From a virus (taxonomy: Duplodnaviria; Caudoviricetes), in IMG/VR virus record IMGVR_UViG_3300031228_000020, positions 1 to 33,611 of that record: DNA of 33,611 bases; one strand, given 5' to 3'. This document shows positions 9,801 to 18,298 of the stretch, one piece after another. Every line of letters starts with the position of its first letter. The first letter of the stretch is position 1. The translations under genes were made by a program, and so were the position numbers. Below the pieces are notes generated by a model. It had not been told where the DNA came from. It searched no databases and saw nothing but the letters and a program-made list of their open reading frames with translations.

Positions 9801-10889
9801 CCGTCCTCAACCCAGGAGAACTCCGGCATCTATGTGGTGAATACCGAGCACATCAACATCAGCGGCAACGTCATCCACAACGCCCGAAGCAACGGCGTCC
9901 ACCTGACCGAGGTCGACCACTTCGCCATCAGCGGCAACGTGATCCACGGCGTCGGCGACACCAGTTCATTCAACGGTGTCACCCTCGCGCCGATCGCGGG
10001 CGGCGGGGGTGGGATGTCTTGCCAGAACGGAACCGTCTCCGACAACGTGATCCACAATGTCGGCGGGCCTGGCGTCAGGGTTGATGACGCCGACAACGTG
10101 AATGTGGCTGGGAACAACATCTATGACGTGGGCATTCTCGCGGCCGGCGCTCTGAGCAGCAGCGCGGGCGTCCTCGTCGACACGGTCGGCTCGGTGTCGG
10201 TCTCCAACAACCGGGTCACCGACACCCGCGACCCCGGCTCCAAGACCACGACCTACGGGGTTCGGAACCTCCTCGCCGCAGCCTCGCTGACGGTGACCGA
10301 CAACCAGTTGATCGGCTGCGCAACAGGCTCGATCTCGCTGGTGACCACCCCGACCATCTACATCAGGCGAGGGAACCTCGAGTCCACGACCGCGAGCGGG
10401 AACTCCGACCGCGAAACGGCGGGCGGGATCACGAGCTACCGGCAGCAGTTCGCCGCCGTCAAGACCGCCGACACCACGGTCAACAACACTGCGGTCCTCG
10501 CCGCCGACCCGCACCTGAGCGTGCCTGTTGCAGCCAACGCCGTCTATGAGGTGACCGCGTTCCTGCAGTACGCGACCAGCCAGACCGCCGACATTCAGGC
10601 TGGTTGGACCGGCCCAGCAGGCGCCACGATGTCGTGGACCGCCAACGCTTTGTCGCTCGGAGCCACCAGCAGCACGTTCCAGATTCTCAGGGCGTGGGCG
10701 ACCCTCTCCTCGGCCGCCAACTTCGGTGGCATCGCCACCGGGTCTGCCGTCATCGCGCAACCCATCGGGCGGCTGACCACGGCAGGAACCGCTGGCACGC
10801 TCGATCTCCGGTGGGCACAGGGCACCGCCGAGGCCAGCGACACGGTGCTCTACGCCGGGTCGTGGCTCAAAGTGTCCCGGATAGCTTGA
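6867..10889 (+). CDS. Tailspike/depolymerase: Mtd_N/hyaluronidase-type N-terminal anchor + BNR_4-like beta-propeller + right-handed beta-helix + C-terminal beta-sandwich
   Basis: N-terminal IQMRRGTAVEWAAADPTLESGEIG..FKIG; DGHHNLTVGVDASGRIHVSGNHHN and TYPTF...LLFAYREGLSGDG; GAVGDGAGNDAPAINAAL followed by many I(S/T)GN(T/V)I repeats. Confidence 0.85.
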   Translation: MPVQRIQMRRGTAVEWAAADPTLESGEIGYDQTLLNFKIGTGLLPWSQLPWASDADDLVTQKRAITLRTLPEWINCERGYNSASFTQDNVCTVDDYRYVVYWAADKTPHIAQLDLNTGDWATFDLGTIAGNPLASPVAGTDGHHNLTVGVDASGRIHVSGNHHNAALHYTRSSNPHDITAWVTPGMVGTEETSVTYPTFVTLPDGTLLFAYREGLSGDGDMMLNRYSTATQTWDRLGVVADGTASSESPYWNRLAVDADGRIHLFLCWRGTGSADTNNDFSYAVLSGLSSGAMLAHTSDGSVQTLPITHANAEIIIDTAASGSGLINQLGADVDTQGRPHAAAWLKDAGGIIQIQHVWHDGSAWQVDALTQFNRTINLATESGPDLLARAHVACTPAGETLFIYRAKYDGLRGSIRCIDATLGPARSEYSLADLNLGNWEPSLDSRALRERGELVMLLSANVGTYNAAGTGLGINALNTQWGGVLIVDLNQTRLLAAGTAAVPRIRTTGVETGLDASATITSTTLAGFGVGPIPILPSPGDVMFTRTYARFRGGAASTTNIQTVENREQSDGTLTDRTLGLMTATGVDQEQRETPWMPLTMMTAESDRGWVSIRANNASGDGNVSVVQYEVGVLECDYGSTVTELDASGASVAGGGLSLALIDGATATNLTSSASQTYAAITAGFMRGQIITHPRWGAVGDGAGNDAPAINAALSWLGTNGGGVCLIPELSFRCTGTLSVPSNVELRGYGEKSVLEFTWDLSSGGQHIVNSDQTNGNENITLRNLMIKGNGDGEPWGDNATFGAPAVGVFFRRCNNVVIEDVTFYRTTGPSVFIQGCAGLRVRGNRVRESGRGGLIASGFATDWPLSDVVISDNIIDLVGDDGIAVSSCPNTAAGVPGRATRIAITGNTINGGHQTATGDDPSDAGRGILARDVDGLTITGNTIERTHSRNISVSYVDTTLGSRNVVISGNTLGYAGGPSSTQENSGIYVVNTEHINISGNVIHNARSNGVHLTEVDHFAISGNVIHGVGDTSSFNGVTLAPIAGGGGGMSCQNGTVSDNVIHNVGGPGVRVDDADNVNVAGNNIYDVGILAAGALSSSAGVLVDTVGSVSVSNNRVTDTRDPGSKTTTYGVRNLLAAASLTVTDNQLIGCATGSISLVTTPTIYIRRGNLESTTASGNSDRETAGGITSYRQQFAAVKTADTTVNNTAVLAADPHLSVPVAANAVYEVTAFLQYATSQTADIQAGWTGPAGATMSWTANALSLGATSSTFQILRAWATLSSAANFGGIATGSAVIAQPIGRLTTAGTAGTLDLRWAQGTAEASDTVLYAGSWLKVSRIA

Positions 10890-10985
10890 GTGCGCCGCAG
10901 GATCCACGGTGCCAAGAATGACTTTCACCAAAACCAAGAAGGCGATGCCGACGACACCCCACGACCCACCCCACCGGGAGGCACT

Positions 10986-11081
10986 GTGACCACCCCCCTC
11001 GACGGCCCTCACGGCGACGGCGTCGACCCGATGCCCGTGCAGGTCTCCGGGCTCAACGTCCGTTTCATCGGTGAACCGTGA
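10986..11081 (+). CDS. Possible 31-aa hypothetical protein
   Basis: GGGAGG RBS before GTG 10986; GTGA overlap with the next gene. Confidence 0.35.
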   Translation: MTTPLDGPHGDGVDPMPVQVSGLNVRFIGEP

Positions 11082-11578
11082 TGGACACCCTGCTGCTGCC
11101 GGTGATGGACGCGCTCCGCGTGTGCATCTGCACCGAGCTGGACGACAACGACGCGAGCACGTGTTTCTGCGGTCTCTACCCCGGCCCGCAGGTCGCCGCC
11201 GACTTCTGTGCCTGCGACGGCCGCGGCGGCTGTGGCATGGCGTGGGTGCGCGTCGTGCGGATCTTCCCGGCGGTGAACTTCCCGCAGCAGGACAACAGCA
11301 TCAACAACTGCGCGACCCGGCTCGCAGCTCAGCTTGAGATCGGCGCCTACCGGTGTCTACCGCTGCCGTCGACCTCCGGCACAGTCGACGCTGTGAAGCT
11401 CACTCAGGCTGTCGCGCAGCAGACCAGCGACGCGCTCGCTCTGCAGCGCGGCATCGTGTGCTGCGTGCAGCAGTTCCGGCACCGTGACTTCCTGCTCGGC
11501 ACGTACAACCCGGCTGGTGCCGGTGACTGCGGCGGCGGCACGTGGTCGCTCACGGTGGAGCTGCGACGTGACTCATGA
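11078..11578 (+). CDS. Tail terminator / tail completion protein
   Basis: Cys-rich, GMAWVRVVRIFP, LEIGAYRC and GDCGGGTW motifs; position in the neck region. Confidence 0.65.
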   Translation: MMDTLLLPVMDALRVCICTELDDNDASTCFCGLYPGPQVAADFCACDGRGGCGMAWVRVVRIFPAVNFPQQDNSINNCATRLAAQLEIGAYRCLPLPSTSGTVDAVKLTQAVAQQTSDALALQRGIVCCVQQFRHRDFLLGTYNPAGAGDCGGGTWSLTVELRRDS

Positions 11579-11889
11579 CCGTCTCGTTCACGTTCGACCC
11601 GGACCGTGGTGGTCAGGACCGGCTGCTGCACGACGAGAGCGGCCCGTACGGTCAGTGGCTCGCCCGGGTCGGCAACCGTGTCGTGAACGGTGCCAAGACC
11701 CGCGCGAACGTCGACACCGGTCTCATGCGGTCACGGATCGAGTTCCGCATCGAACGCGACGACGACGGTCTCGTCGGCATCGTCGCAGCACGCACGAACT
11801 ACAGCTACTTCGTGCACAACGGCACCCGCTGGTATGCGGGAAACCCGTTCTTGACTGATGCTCTCCGCGACGTGTTGGGAAGCCTGTGA
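11575..11889 (+). CDS. HK97 gp10-like neck protein
   Basis: AKTRANVDTGLMRSRI...YSYFVHNGTR...NPFLTDAL matches the PVDTG.LR.SI / Y..VH.GT / PFL pattern. Confidence 0.8.
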   Translation: MTVSFTFDPDRGGQDRLLHDESGPYGQWLARVGNRVVNGAKTRANVDTGLMRSRIEFRIERDDDGLVGIVAARTNYSYFVHNGTRWYAGNPFLTDALRDVLGSL

Positions 11890-11951
11890 GCGTGATCCGT
11901 GGCACGCTTAGCGCGACCTGACCCGCTACCGACCGAGGAGTGCTAGCAACG

Positions 11952-12461
11952 ATGACTGCCGAACCGATCAACCCGCTCGACGCACCGCAGCGCATTCAAG
12001 CACCGGCGCCGACCCGCGACACGAGCAACGACACCTTGACGTTCTGCTGGGACTACTGGACCACCGGCGACGACGGCCAGCCGGAAGTGGTGTACGACGA
12101 TCATCTGCTGACCGCACACCGGCCGAAGCAGGCTGTGCTGCTCGCCGCGATCACCGCGCTCGCGGATCTGGACGACGGCGACGATGAGACGTTCGACCCC
12201 GCGATCGCGCACGCTCTGCAGAACTTCGTCAGCACGGTGCTCGATGAGCCGAGCGCCGGCTACGTGCAGGAGCGGCTGGAGGACCCCGCAGACGGCCGCG
12301 ACATCGACCCCGATCTGCAGGCGCTCGTGACGTCGCTCGTCGGCCGGTGGTACGGCGGCCGCAGCCCAAAAGCGCCGGGCGGATCGCAGCGACCGCGCTC
12401 AACAACTGGAAAGCGTTCGACGGCACGCTCGCGCTCAACGCAGTCGACCCGGAAGCGCTGA
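11952..12461 (+). CDS. Tail assembly chaperone (gpG-like)
   Basis: GAGGAG RBS; immediately upstream of the tape measure gene; contains a slippery site. Confidence 0.75.
   Translation: MTAEPINPLDAPQRIQAPAPTRDTSNDTLTFCWDYWTTGDDGQPEVVYDDHLLTAHRPKQAVLLAAITALADLDDGDDETFDPAIAHALQNFVSTVLDEPSAGYVQERLEDPADGRDIDPDLQALVTSLVGRWYGGRSPKAPGGSQRPRSTTGKRSTARSRSTQSTRKR
12365..12371 (+). other. -1 ribosomal frameshift slippery site C CCA AAA
   Basis: X XXY YYZ heptamer in the correct phase of the chaperone ORF; the -1 frame stays open to 12700. Confidence 0.8.
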
Positions 12462-12700
12462 CACCGGACCGGCTGCTGAACGCGTTCGTTGAGTGGCTCC
12501 GGCAGCGGCTAGCTGGCACCGAGAAAGGACAAGAACAGTGGGAGACGTGGATCGGCTGGGTGACCGGCATCGACGTGCCGTCCGCACGTCAGCCGGGCAC
12601 CCCGCCGCCACCGATTCGGACGAACGACCCTGCTGCCGAAGCCGCTGCAGCCGCCGCGTTCATCGCGTCCGACCGACGGGGGGTGACCGTCCGTGAGTGA
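12365..12700 (+). CDS. Frameshift extension of the tail assembly chaperone (gpGT-like C-terminus)
   Basis: -1 frame reads PKSAGRIAATALNNWKAFDG...LTPDRLLNAFVEWL; no RBS of its own; abuts the tape measure start. Confidence 0.75.
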   Translation, partial: PKSAGRIAATALNNWKAFDGTLALNAVDPEALTPDRLLNAFVEWLRQRLAGTEKGQEQWETWIGWVTGIDVPSARQPGTPPPPIRTNDPAAEAAAAAAFIASDRRGVTVRE

Positions 12701-14921
12701 GGTCGTGGGCGAAGGCGTCATCCGCATCCGGACCGACGAGGCCGGAGTCGACTACGCCGGCGCCGGGAAGAAAGCCGGCGGGTCGTACAGCTCCGGGTTC
12801 AAGTCGAGTCTGAAAGGTCTCGCCGTAGCCGTCGGTGGCGCGCTCGCGATCGGCAAAGGCATCGACCTGCTGAAAGGCTCCGTCGCTGAGGCCCGCGAGG
12901 CGCAGAAGGTCGCCGCCAAGACTGAGCAGATCATCAAGGCCACCGGCTCCGCCGCCGGGATCACCGCCGACGGTGTCGGCAAAATGGCGGGCCGGCTGTC
13001 GAACTTCACCGGCATCGATGACGAGGCGATCCAGTCCGGGGCGAATCTGCTGCTGACCTTCAAGAACGTCAAGAACTATGTCGACGGCGAGTTCGTCGGC
13101 GCCTTCGACCGGGCCACCGCGGCGTCACTCGACCTGTCTGCGGCCGGCTTCGGCTCGATCGAGGGGTCAGCCAAGACCATGGGCAAGGCGCTGAACGACC
13201 CGGTGAAGGGGATCAGCGCCCTGTCCCGGGCTGGTGTCACGTTCACCGATCAGCAGAAACGGATGATCGAGCGGATGGTCGAGGTCGGTGACGTCGCCGG
13301 CGCCCAGAACATCATCCTCAGCGAGGTCGAGTCTCAGGTCGGCGGCGTCGCAGCAGCGTCAGCGACCGCCGGCGAGAAAGCATCCGTCGCGTGGGGCAAC
13401 ATCAAAGAGTCGATCGGCACGCTGCTGCTGCCGGCTCTCGACCAGCTCGCGGACATCTTCACGACCAGCATCGCGCCGGCCATCCAGGACATCATCGCGG
13501 GCACGTCTCCGCTGTCGCCGCTGTTCGCTGGCATCGGCCGGTCCGTCGGCGTGATCTCCGCTGCGGTGAACGATTTGATCACTGGCACGTCGCCGCTGTC
13601 TCCACTGATCAACTCGATCGCTCAGTCGATCGGCGGACTGTTCGCCGGCGGCGGTCAGGCGTCGTCATTCTTCGACTCTCTCCGTGAGGCCGCCGAGACC
13701 GCGCTGCCGATCATCCAGCAGGTCATCGTGACCCAAGTGATCCCCGCTGTGCAGGAGCTGATCAAGTCGCTGCGGGACAACTTCGGCCCGGTGATCGTCC
13801 AGCTCGTCGGTGTGGTGCAGACGCGGCTGCTGCCGGTGCTGCAGCAGCTCGGCCAGTTCGTCGTGACGACTCTCGTGCCGATCTGGCGCTCCCTGTGGTC
13901 GTTCCTCTCAACAGCGGTGATCCCGCTGATCGGCACCCTCGCGAGCTTCGTGGTGACGAAGCTGATCCCGCCGTTCCTGAACCTCGTGTCCATCGTGATC
14001 AGCAAGCTGCAGCCCGTGTTTCAGCAGCTCGCTGAGACGCTGCAGACAAAGATCATCCCGACCGCGCAGCGGGTCGTCGCGCAGATCAAGACACAGCTGA
14101 TCCCGGCGATCACGCCGCTGATCCAGAAGGTGATCGCGGTCGGCTCGTGGTTCGTGAAACTGCAGGTGACCATTCTCAGCAAGGTGCTGCCGCCGCTGAT
14201 CAAGCTCGCCGGGTTCATCATCAGCAAGGTCATCCCGGCTGTGGTCACCATCATCACGAAGGTCGCACTATTCGTGACCGGGCTGATCAACTTCGTCGGC
14301 GCTGTCGGCAGGGCAGTCGGCGCTGCGATCAAGTTCGCGGCGACCCTGCAGACACAGGTCCAGAAGGGCATCAGCACCGTCGTGTCGGCGGTGACCGCGC
14401 TGCCGGGCAAGATCATCGCGCTCGGCGGGAAGATGCTCACCGCGGGGAAGTCGCTGATGGGCAAACTGTTCGACGGCATCCGCTCCGCGGCATCCGGCGC
14501 CGGGTCGCTGGTCAGCTCGATCGCCTCCTCGATCGCCGACGCGGCGAAGGGTCTGATCAACGACATGATCCGGACCGTCAACAACGCGATCCCCGACTAC
14601 ATCGACGTGCCCGGTCCGAAGAACATCGACCTGCCGAACGACCCGATCCCGTACCTCGCTCGCGGTACCCGGAACTTCCCCGGCGGTCTCGCGGTCGTCG
14701 GCGAGGAAGGACCCGAACTGGTCAACCTCCCCGCCGGGTCACGCGTCACACCGGCACGGCAGACCGAACGGGAGCTAGCAGCCGGACAGCTCGACCTCGC
14801 TGCGCTGACGACGGCGATCGTCGCGGCGCTCGCTCAGATGCGGCCGTTCACCGTCGTGACCGACGCGAGTGACCCCGCGGCGGTCGCGATGCAGGTCATC
14901 AACCGCATGGCGACAGCGTGA
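12693..14921 (+). CDS. Tape measure protein
   Basis: 742 aa, Ala/Gly/Ile-rich helical repeats; GKALNDPVKGISALSRAGVTFT and C-terminal LARG...VVGEEGPELV motifs. Confidence 0.92.
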   Translation: MSEVVGEGVIRIRTDEAGVDYAGAGKKAGGSYSSGFKSSLKGLAVAVGGALAIGKGIDLLKGSVAEAREAQKVAAKTEQIIKATGSAAGITADGVGKMAGRLSNFTGIDDEAIQSGANLLLTFKNVKNYVDGEFVGAFDRATAASLDLSAAGFGSIEGSAKTMGKALNDPVKGISALSRAGVTFTDQQKRMIERMVEVGDVAGAQNIILSEVESQVGGVAAASATAGEKASVAWGNIKESIGTLLLPALDQLADIFTTSIAPAIQDIIAGTSPLSPLFAGIGRSVGVISAAVNDLITGTSPLSPLINSIAQSIGGLFAGGGQASSFFDSLREAAETALPIIQQVIVTQVIPAVQELIKSLRDNFGPVIVQLVGVVQTRLLPVLQQLGQFVVTTLVPIWRSLWSFLSTAVIPLIGTLASFVVTKLIPPFLNLVSIVISKLQPVFQQLAETLQTKIIPTAQRVVAQIKTQLIPAITPLIQKVIAVGSWFVKLQVTILSKVLPPLIKLAGFIISKVIPAVVTIITKVALFVTGLINFVGAVGRAVGAAIKFAATLQTQVQKGISTVVSAVTALPGKIIALGGKMLTAGKSLMGKLFDGIRSAASGAGSLVSSIASSIADAAKGLINDMIRTVNNAIPDYIDVPGPKNIDLPNDPIPYLARGTRNFPGGLAVVGEEGPELVNLPAGSRVTPARQTERELAAGQLDLAALTTAIVAALAQMRPFTVVTDASDPAAVAMQVINRMATA

Positions 14922-14931
14922 GGGGGCGACC

Positions 14932-16860
14932 GTGTACGACGGCTATGTGAAGTTCGGTTCCTTGGAAGTTATTAACACTGAGCGATTGCAGGCGTACGTC
15001 GATCACGGCATCGTGCCGCCCGGTGTCGACGTGACCGCGTGCAGCGACTGCGACGGTCTCGCTGAGGCTCTCACCCCTGGCGTCGGGCCGTACCGCACAC
15101 CGCTGCTCGACCTCGCGCCGTGGGTCGACATCAACGACCCCGACACGTTCGACTTCACCGGGCTGCTGCCGTTGATCATCACCGGTCTCGACGGCAGCAC
15201 ATCGTCGGTCGTGATGACCGAGACTCTCGACGGTCGTGCCGTACCCGGCCGGCGTACGTTCGCTGCCCGTCAGGTCGGCGTCACCGGGCTGCTGACCGGC
15301 CGGACGACTGAGGGTGTGCAGGCCGGTCTGCGGTGGCTCACCGCGCTGCTGCACCGCACATGCATCACCGACGGCGACTGTGCCTCTGCAGCGCCGGTGG
15401 AGATGTTCTCGGTGTGCCCGACCCCGATCTACCCGGTTCCGGATCTCGACGCGACCGAGCAGGTTGAGCACACGATCCCCGGCTGGACCGACCCGGACGG
15501 CGGCTGGACCGCCGTCGATGGCGAGTACATCGAGTATTACGGCGATTCGACGGCGGGGATGTTCAACCCGATCGGGACCGAGACCATTGACGGCGGCGAC
15601 CCCGACTCGACTGTTGACCCGGCTCTTGACGGCGGCGCACCCGACGGCGTGTTCGACTCCCCGGAGGTCTACGACGGCGGCGACCCGGGGCCGTTTGAGG
15701 GTGACGGCGGCTACGTGTGGCGTGACGCAGCTCTCGGTCCGGTCTGCGGGCCGGTGACGCTGCAGTTCTGCCTCACGACCGACCCGCTGGTGGTCTCAGC
15801 ACCGGTGAACGTGACGCTGATGCTGCTCGATCCGCTGACCGGTGAGGTACTCGACTACGGGCCGCAGGTCGTCGTCGGTATCGAGGAGGAGTGTCAGCCG
15901 TGGGTACACCCTGACGGGATCGACCTTGAGAACTGGGCTGTCGGCTTCGCTGCAGACGGCCCGCTCGTCAACGCCGGTGTGCTCGTGCAGCACTTTCCGT
16001 TGCTGTCTCCGGAGGCGTGCATCGGTCCGTACCGGCGGATCATGCCGGCCGCGACGGTGACGAGCAGCCCGACGATCACTGAACGGCTGCTGGTCGCGGA
16101 CTGTGCTGAGTGGCTGAAAGTCGAATGGGTTTGGACGATCGGCTCGGCGTTCAAGTTCTCCACTCCGGAGCGGCTCGTCACCGACAACCGGGCAGAGTTC
16201 GGGCCGCCGCCGTTCGTGGCCACCGGTGTCAGCACGGCCCGTTACGGCTGGATCGAACCGGGCACCGTGTCGACGCCGTGGAACTGCGCGCCGCCGGTCG
16301 ACACGGTCACGTGCGCGTCTGACCCGTGTCTCCCCGGCTGGGTGGCGCCGCCGGCGCCGCCGGTCGTTCCTGATCCGACGTTCGCGACGATCAGCGGCGG
16401 CGCGTTCATCATGGGCACATCGGTGTGTATCGACTCGTCGGTGACCGCGGCCGGCGACAACGTGCTGACGATCACTCTCACTGCTGACGATCAGCCGAAG
16501 GTCGGCGTACGTGTCCGGATCTACGACGACGTGCAAGGCGACTGCACCGAGACCGATAAGTGTGAGTGGGTCGCTGAGTATCTGATCGACTACATCCCTG
16601 CTGACGGCGTCGTGACCATCGACGGTGTGAACGGCACGATCACGACGGTGTGCCCCGGGTTCACCGAGCCGCAGCCGACACCGGTCCGCGGTGACTACGG
16701 CGGCCCGATCAAGCAGCCCGTGATCTGCGGCGACCGGCGGATCCTCGTGCAGACACAGTGGCTGCGCCGCTACCCGCGTGAGTGCGAAGGGTTCTACGAG
16801 GACAACCTCCACCAGGGCGATCTGCTCACGAGCGTCGACGTGTCCGCGAGGGAAGGCTGA
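14932..16860 (+). CDS. Minor tail protein (distal tail-like) with DGG-repeat insert
   Basis: First gene after the tape measure; YDGYVKFGSLEVINTER and YRTPLLDLAPWVD motifs; GTG 14932 after AGGGGG. Confidence 0.75.
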   Translation: MYDGYVKFGSLEVINTERLQAYVDHGIVPPGVDVTACSDCDGLAEALTPGVGPYRTPLLDLAPWVDINDPDTFDFTGLLPLIITGLDGSTSSVVMTETLDGRAVPGRRTFAARQVGVTGLLTGRTTEGVQAGLRWLTALLHRTCITDGDCASAAPVEMFSVCPTPIYPVPDLDATEQVEHTIPGWTDPDGGWTAVDGEYIEYYGDSTAGMFNPIGTETIDGGDPDSTVDPALDGGAPDGVFDSPEVYDGGDPGPFEGDGGYVWRDAALGPVCGPVTLQFCLTTDPLVVSAPVNVTLMLLDPLTGEVLDYGPQVVVGIEEECQPWVHPDGIDLENWAVGFAADGPLVNAGVLVQHFPLLSPEACIGPYRRIMPAATVTSSPTITERLLVADCAEWLKVEWVWTIGSAFKFSTPERLVTDNRAEFGPPPFVATGVSTARYGWIEPGTVSTPWNCAPPVDTVTCASDPCLPGWVAPPAPPVVPDPTFATISGGAFIMGTSVCIDSSVTAAGDNVLTITLTADDQPKVGVRVRIYDDVQGDCTETDKCEWVAEYLIDYIPADGVVTIDGVNGTITTVCPGFTEPQPTPVRGDYGGPIKQPVICGDRRILVQTQWLRRYPRECEGFYEDNLHQGDLLTSVDVSAREG

Positions 16861-17924
16861 TGGTCGGCCCGGCGCTCGGCTGTGGGATCAACTCCGCTGC
16901 GATCTATGACCGCAACGGCGAGCAGGAGCTGCTGCCGCTGCCGAACGCGTCAGTCGTCAGCTGGGGCCGGAGACTCAACGACATCAGCGCCGGCGCTGTG
17001 ACGATCAAGGCCGACGACTGCACCCCGGAGCTGGACAACATCCACGCATCAGCTCACTCGCTAGTCGTGCACCGCCGCACCGGACCGGACGCCGGGAAAC
17101 GAGTGTGGGAGGGCACGATCCGCCGGAAGCGGGACCTCCGGAACGCGCTCGTGATCGAGGCGAAAGACGTGCTCGGGCTGACCGAGAAGCGGATGATCCG
17201 CACGTCACGGAAACTGCAGGACGTCGTCGTCAACGACGAACTGCTGTGGTCGGTACAGCGTGCGTTCGCGCTCGATGATCCGAACGTGTTGACGTTCGTG
17301 CAGTCTCTCGGCCCGGCCGGTGATCTAGTCGACCGTGACGTCGCCGCGTGGGGCGCGAAGCACTCCGAGGACATCAGCAACCTCGCCGGCATCGGTGGCC
17401 GCTACACGGTGATCGGCCGGTCGATCGTGCTGTTCGCCGACAGCCACACGTTGGGACGCACACCGGTGCTGTCGCCGGAGAACCATCTGCTCGCCGACGT
17501 CGAGATCATCGAGGACGGCGACCTGCTGCTCACCGCGGTCACGAGCCGTGACGACAACAACCGCCGCGGCTCGGTCGGCGGCGTTGACCCGTTCTACGGT
17601 CTCGTTGAGGACGTCGTCTCACCCGGCCCCGGCAAGCACAGTCAGGCGGCGCTGATCCGCTACGCACAGCGTGTGCTCGACCAGTCGTATCCGGCGCCGG
17701 TGCAGCTCGACATCCCCGACGGCGCGACGCTCCGGCAGGACGCGCCGTTTCCGATCGAGCTGCTCGTGCCCGGCATCATGGTGCCGGTCGAGACGACGAC
17801 CGCGACCGGCCGCACGCTGCAGATGACCGCGGTGCTCGCGTCGCTCGACGTGACACAGACCGGCAACGCTGACGAAGTGGTCACGATCACGCTCGTGCCG
17901 ATCTCTCAGGCGGTGCTCGCGTGA
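16860..17924 (+). CDS. Minor tail protein (tail tip/hub, Gp37-like)
   Basis: TGATG coupling; VSWGRRLNDIS.., RVWEGTI and LVPG motifs; synteny. Confidence 0.75.
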   Translation: MVGPALGCGINSAAIYDRNGEQELLPLPNASVVSWGRRLNDISAGAVTIKADDCTPELDNIHASAHSLVVHRRTGPDAGKRVWEGTIRRKRDLRNALVIEAKDVLGLTEKRMIRTSRKLQDVVVNDELLWSVQRAFALDDPNVLTFVQSLGPAGDLVDRDVAAWGAKHSEDISNLAGIGGRYTVIGRSIVLFADSHTLGRTPVLSPENHLLADVEIIEDGDLLLTAVTSRDDNNRRGSVGGVDPFYGLVEDVVSPGPGKHSQAALIRYAQRVLDQSYPAPVQLDIPDGATLRQDAPFPIELLVPGIMVPVETTTATGRTLQMTAVLASLDVTQTGNADEVVTITLVPISQAVLA

Positions 17925-18256
17925 CGGGCCGGATGCCGCGCGCAGCGGACCGGCTCACCAGCATCCGCGGTTTCGCGACGTGGAAACGCGCCGTCGAGCG
18001 GCTGCTGTCGCAGTACGACGCGCGGATCGCTGGGCTGTCACGAGCTGACGCCGGCATGGCCGTCGTGTGGCCGACCGGTCTCGTACCCGCCGGGTGGGTC
18101 GCGGCCGACGGTTCGCTGCTGTTCCGTGACGATCATCCGGATCTGTTCGACGCGATCGGCACCACGTTCAACACCGGCGGCGAGACCGCTGCAGAGTTCC
18201 GGCTGCCCAACTGGTCACCCGGAGTGACCGGCGGTGTGTACGCCCTCCGAGGGTGA
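17921..18256 (+). CDS. Short tail-collar-domain protein
   Basis: VPAGWVAADGSLLFRDDHPDLFDAIGTTFN....EFRLPN matches the phage tail collar domain. Confidence 0.7.
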   Translation: MTGRMPRAADRLTSIRGFATWKRAVERLLSQYDARIAGLSRADAGMAVVWPTGLVPAGWVAADGSLLFRDDHPDLFDAIGTTFNTGGETAAEFRLPNWSPGVTGGVYALRG

Positions 18257-18298
18257 GCACGGGATACGCTCCGACCGACAAGCACGAGAGGACCACCG

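Noticed and set aside
11031-11042. MPVQ recurring at the tailspike start and in the small downstream ORF, suggesting an insertion scar
   Set aside because: Only four residues with different codons; compatible with chance
13480-14420. Repeated segments in the tape measure gene (e.g. GGCACGTC...CCGCTGTC twice)
   Set aside because: Ordinary tape measure periodicity, not a separate repeat element or CRISPR array
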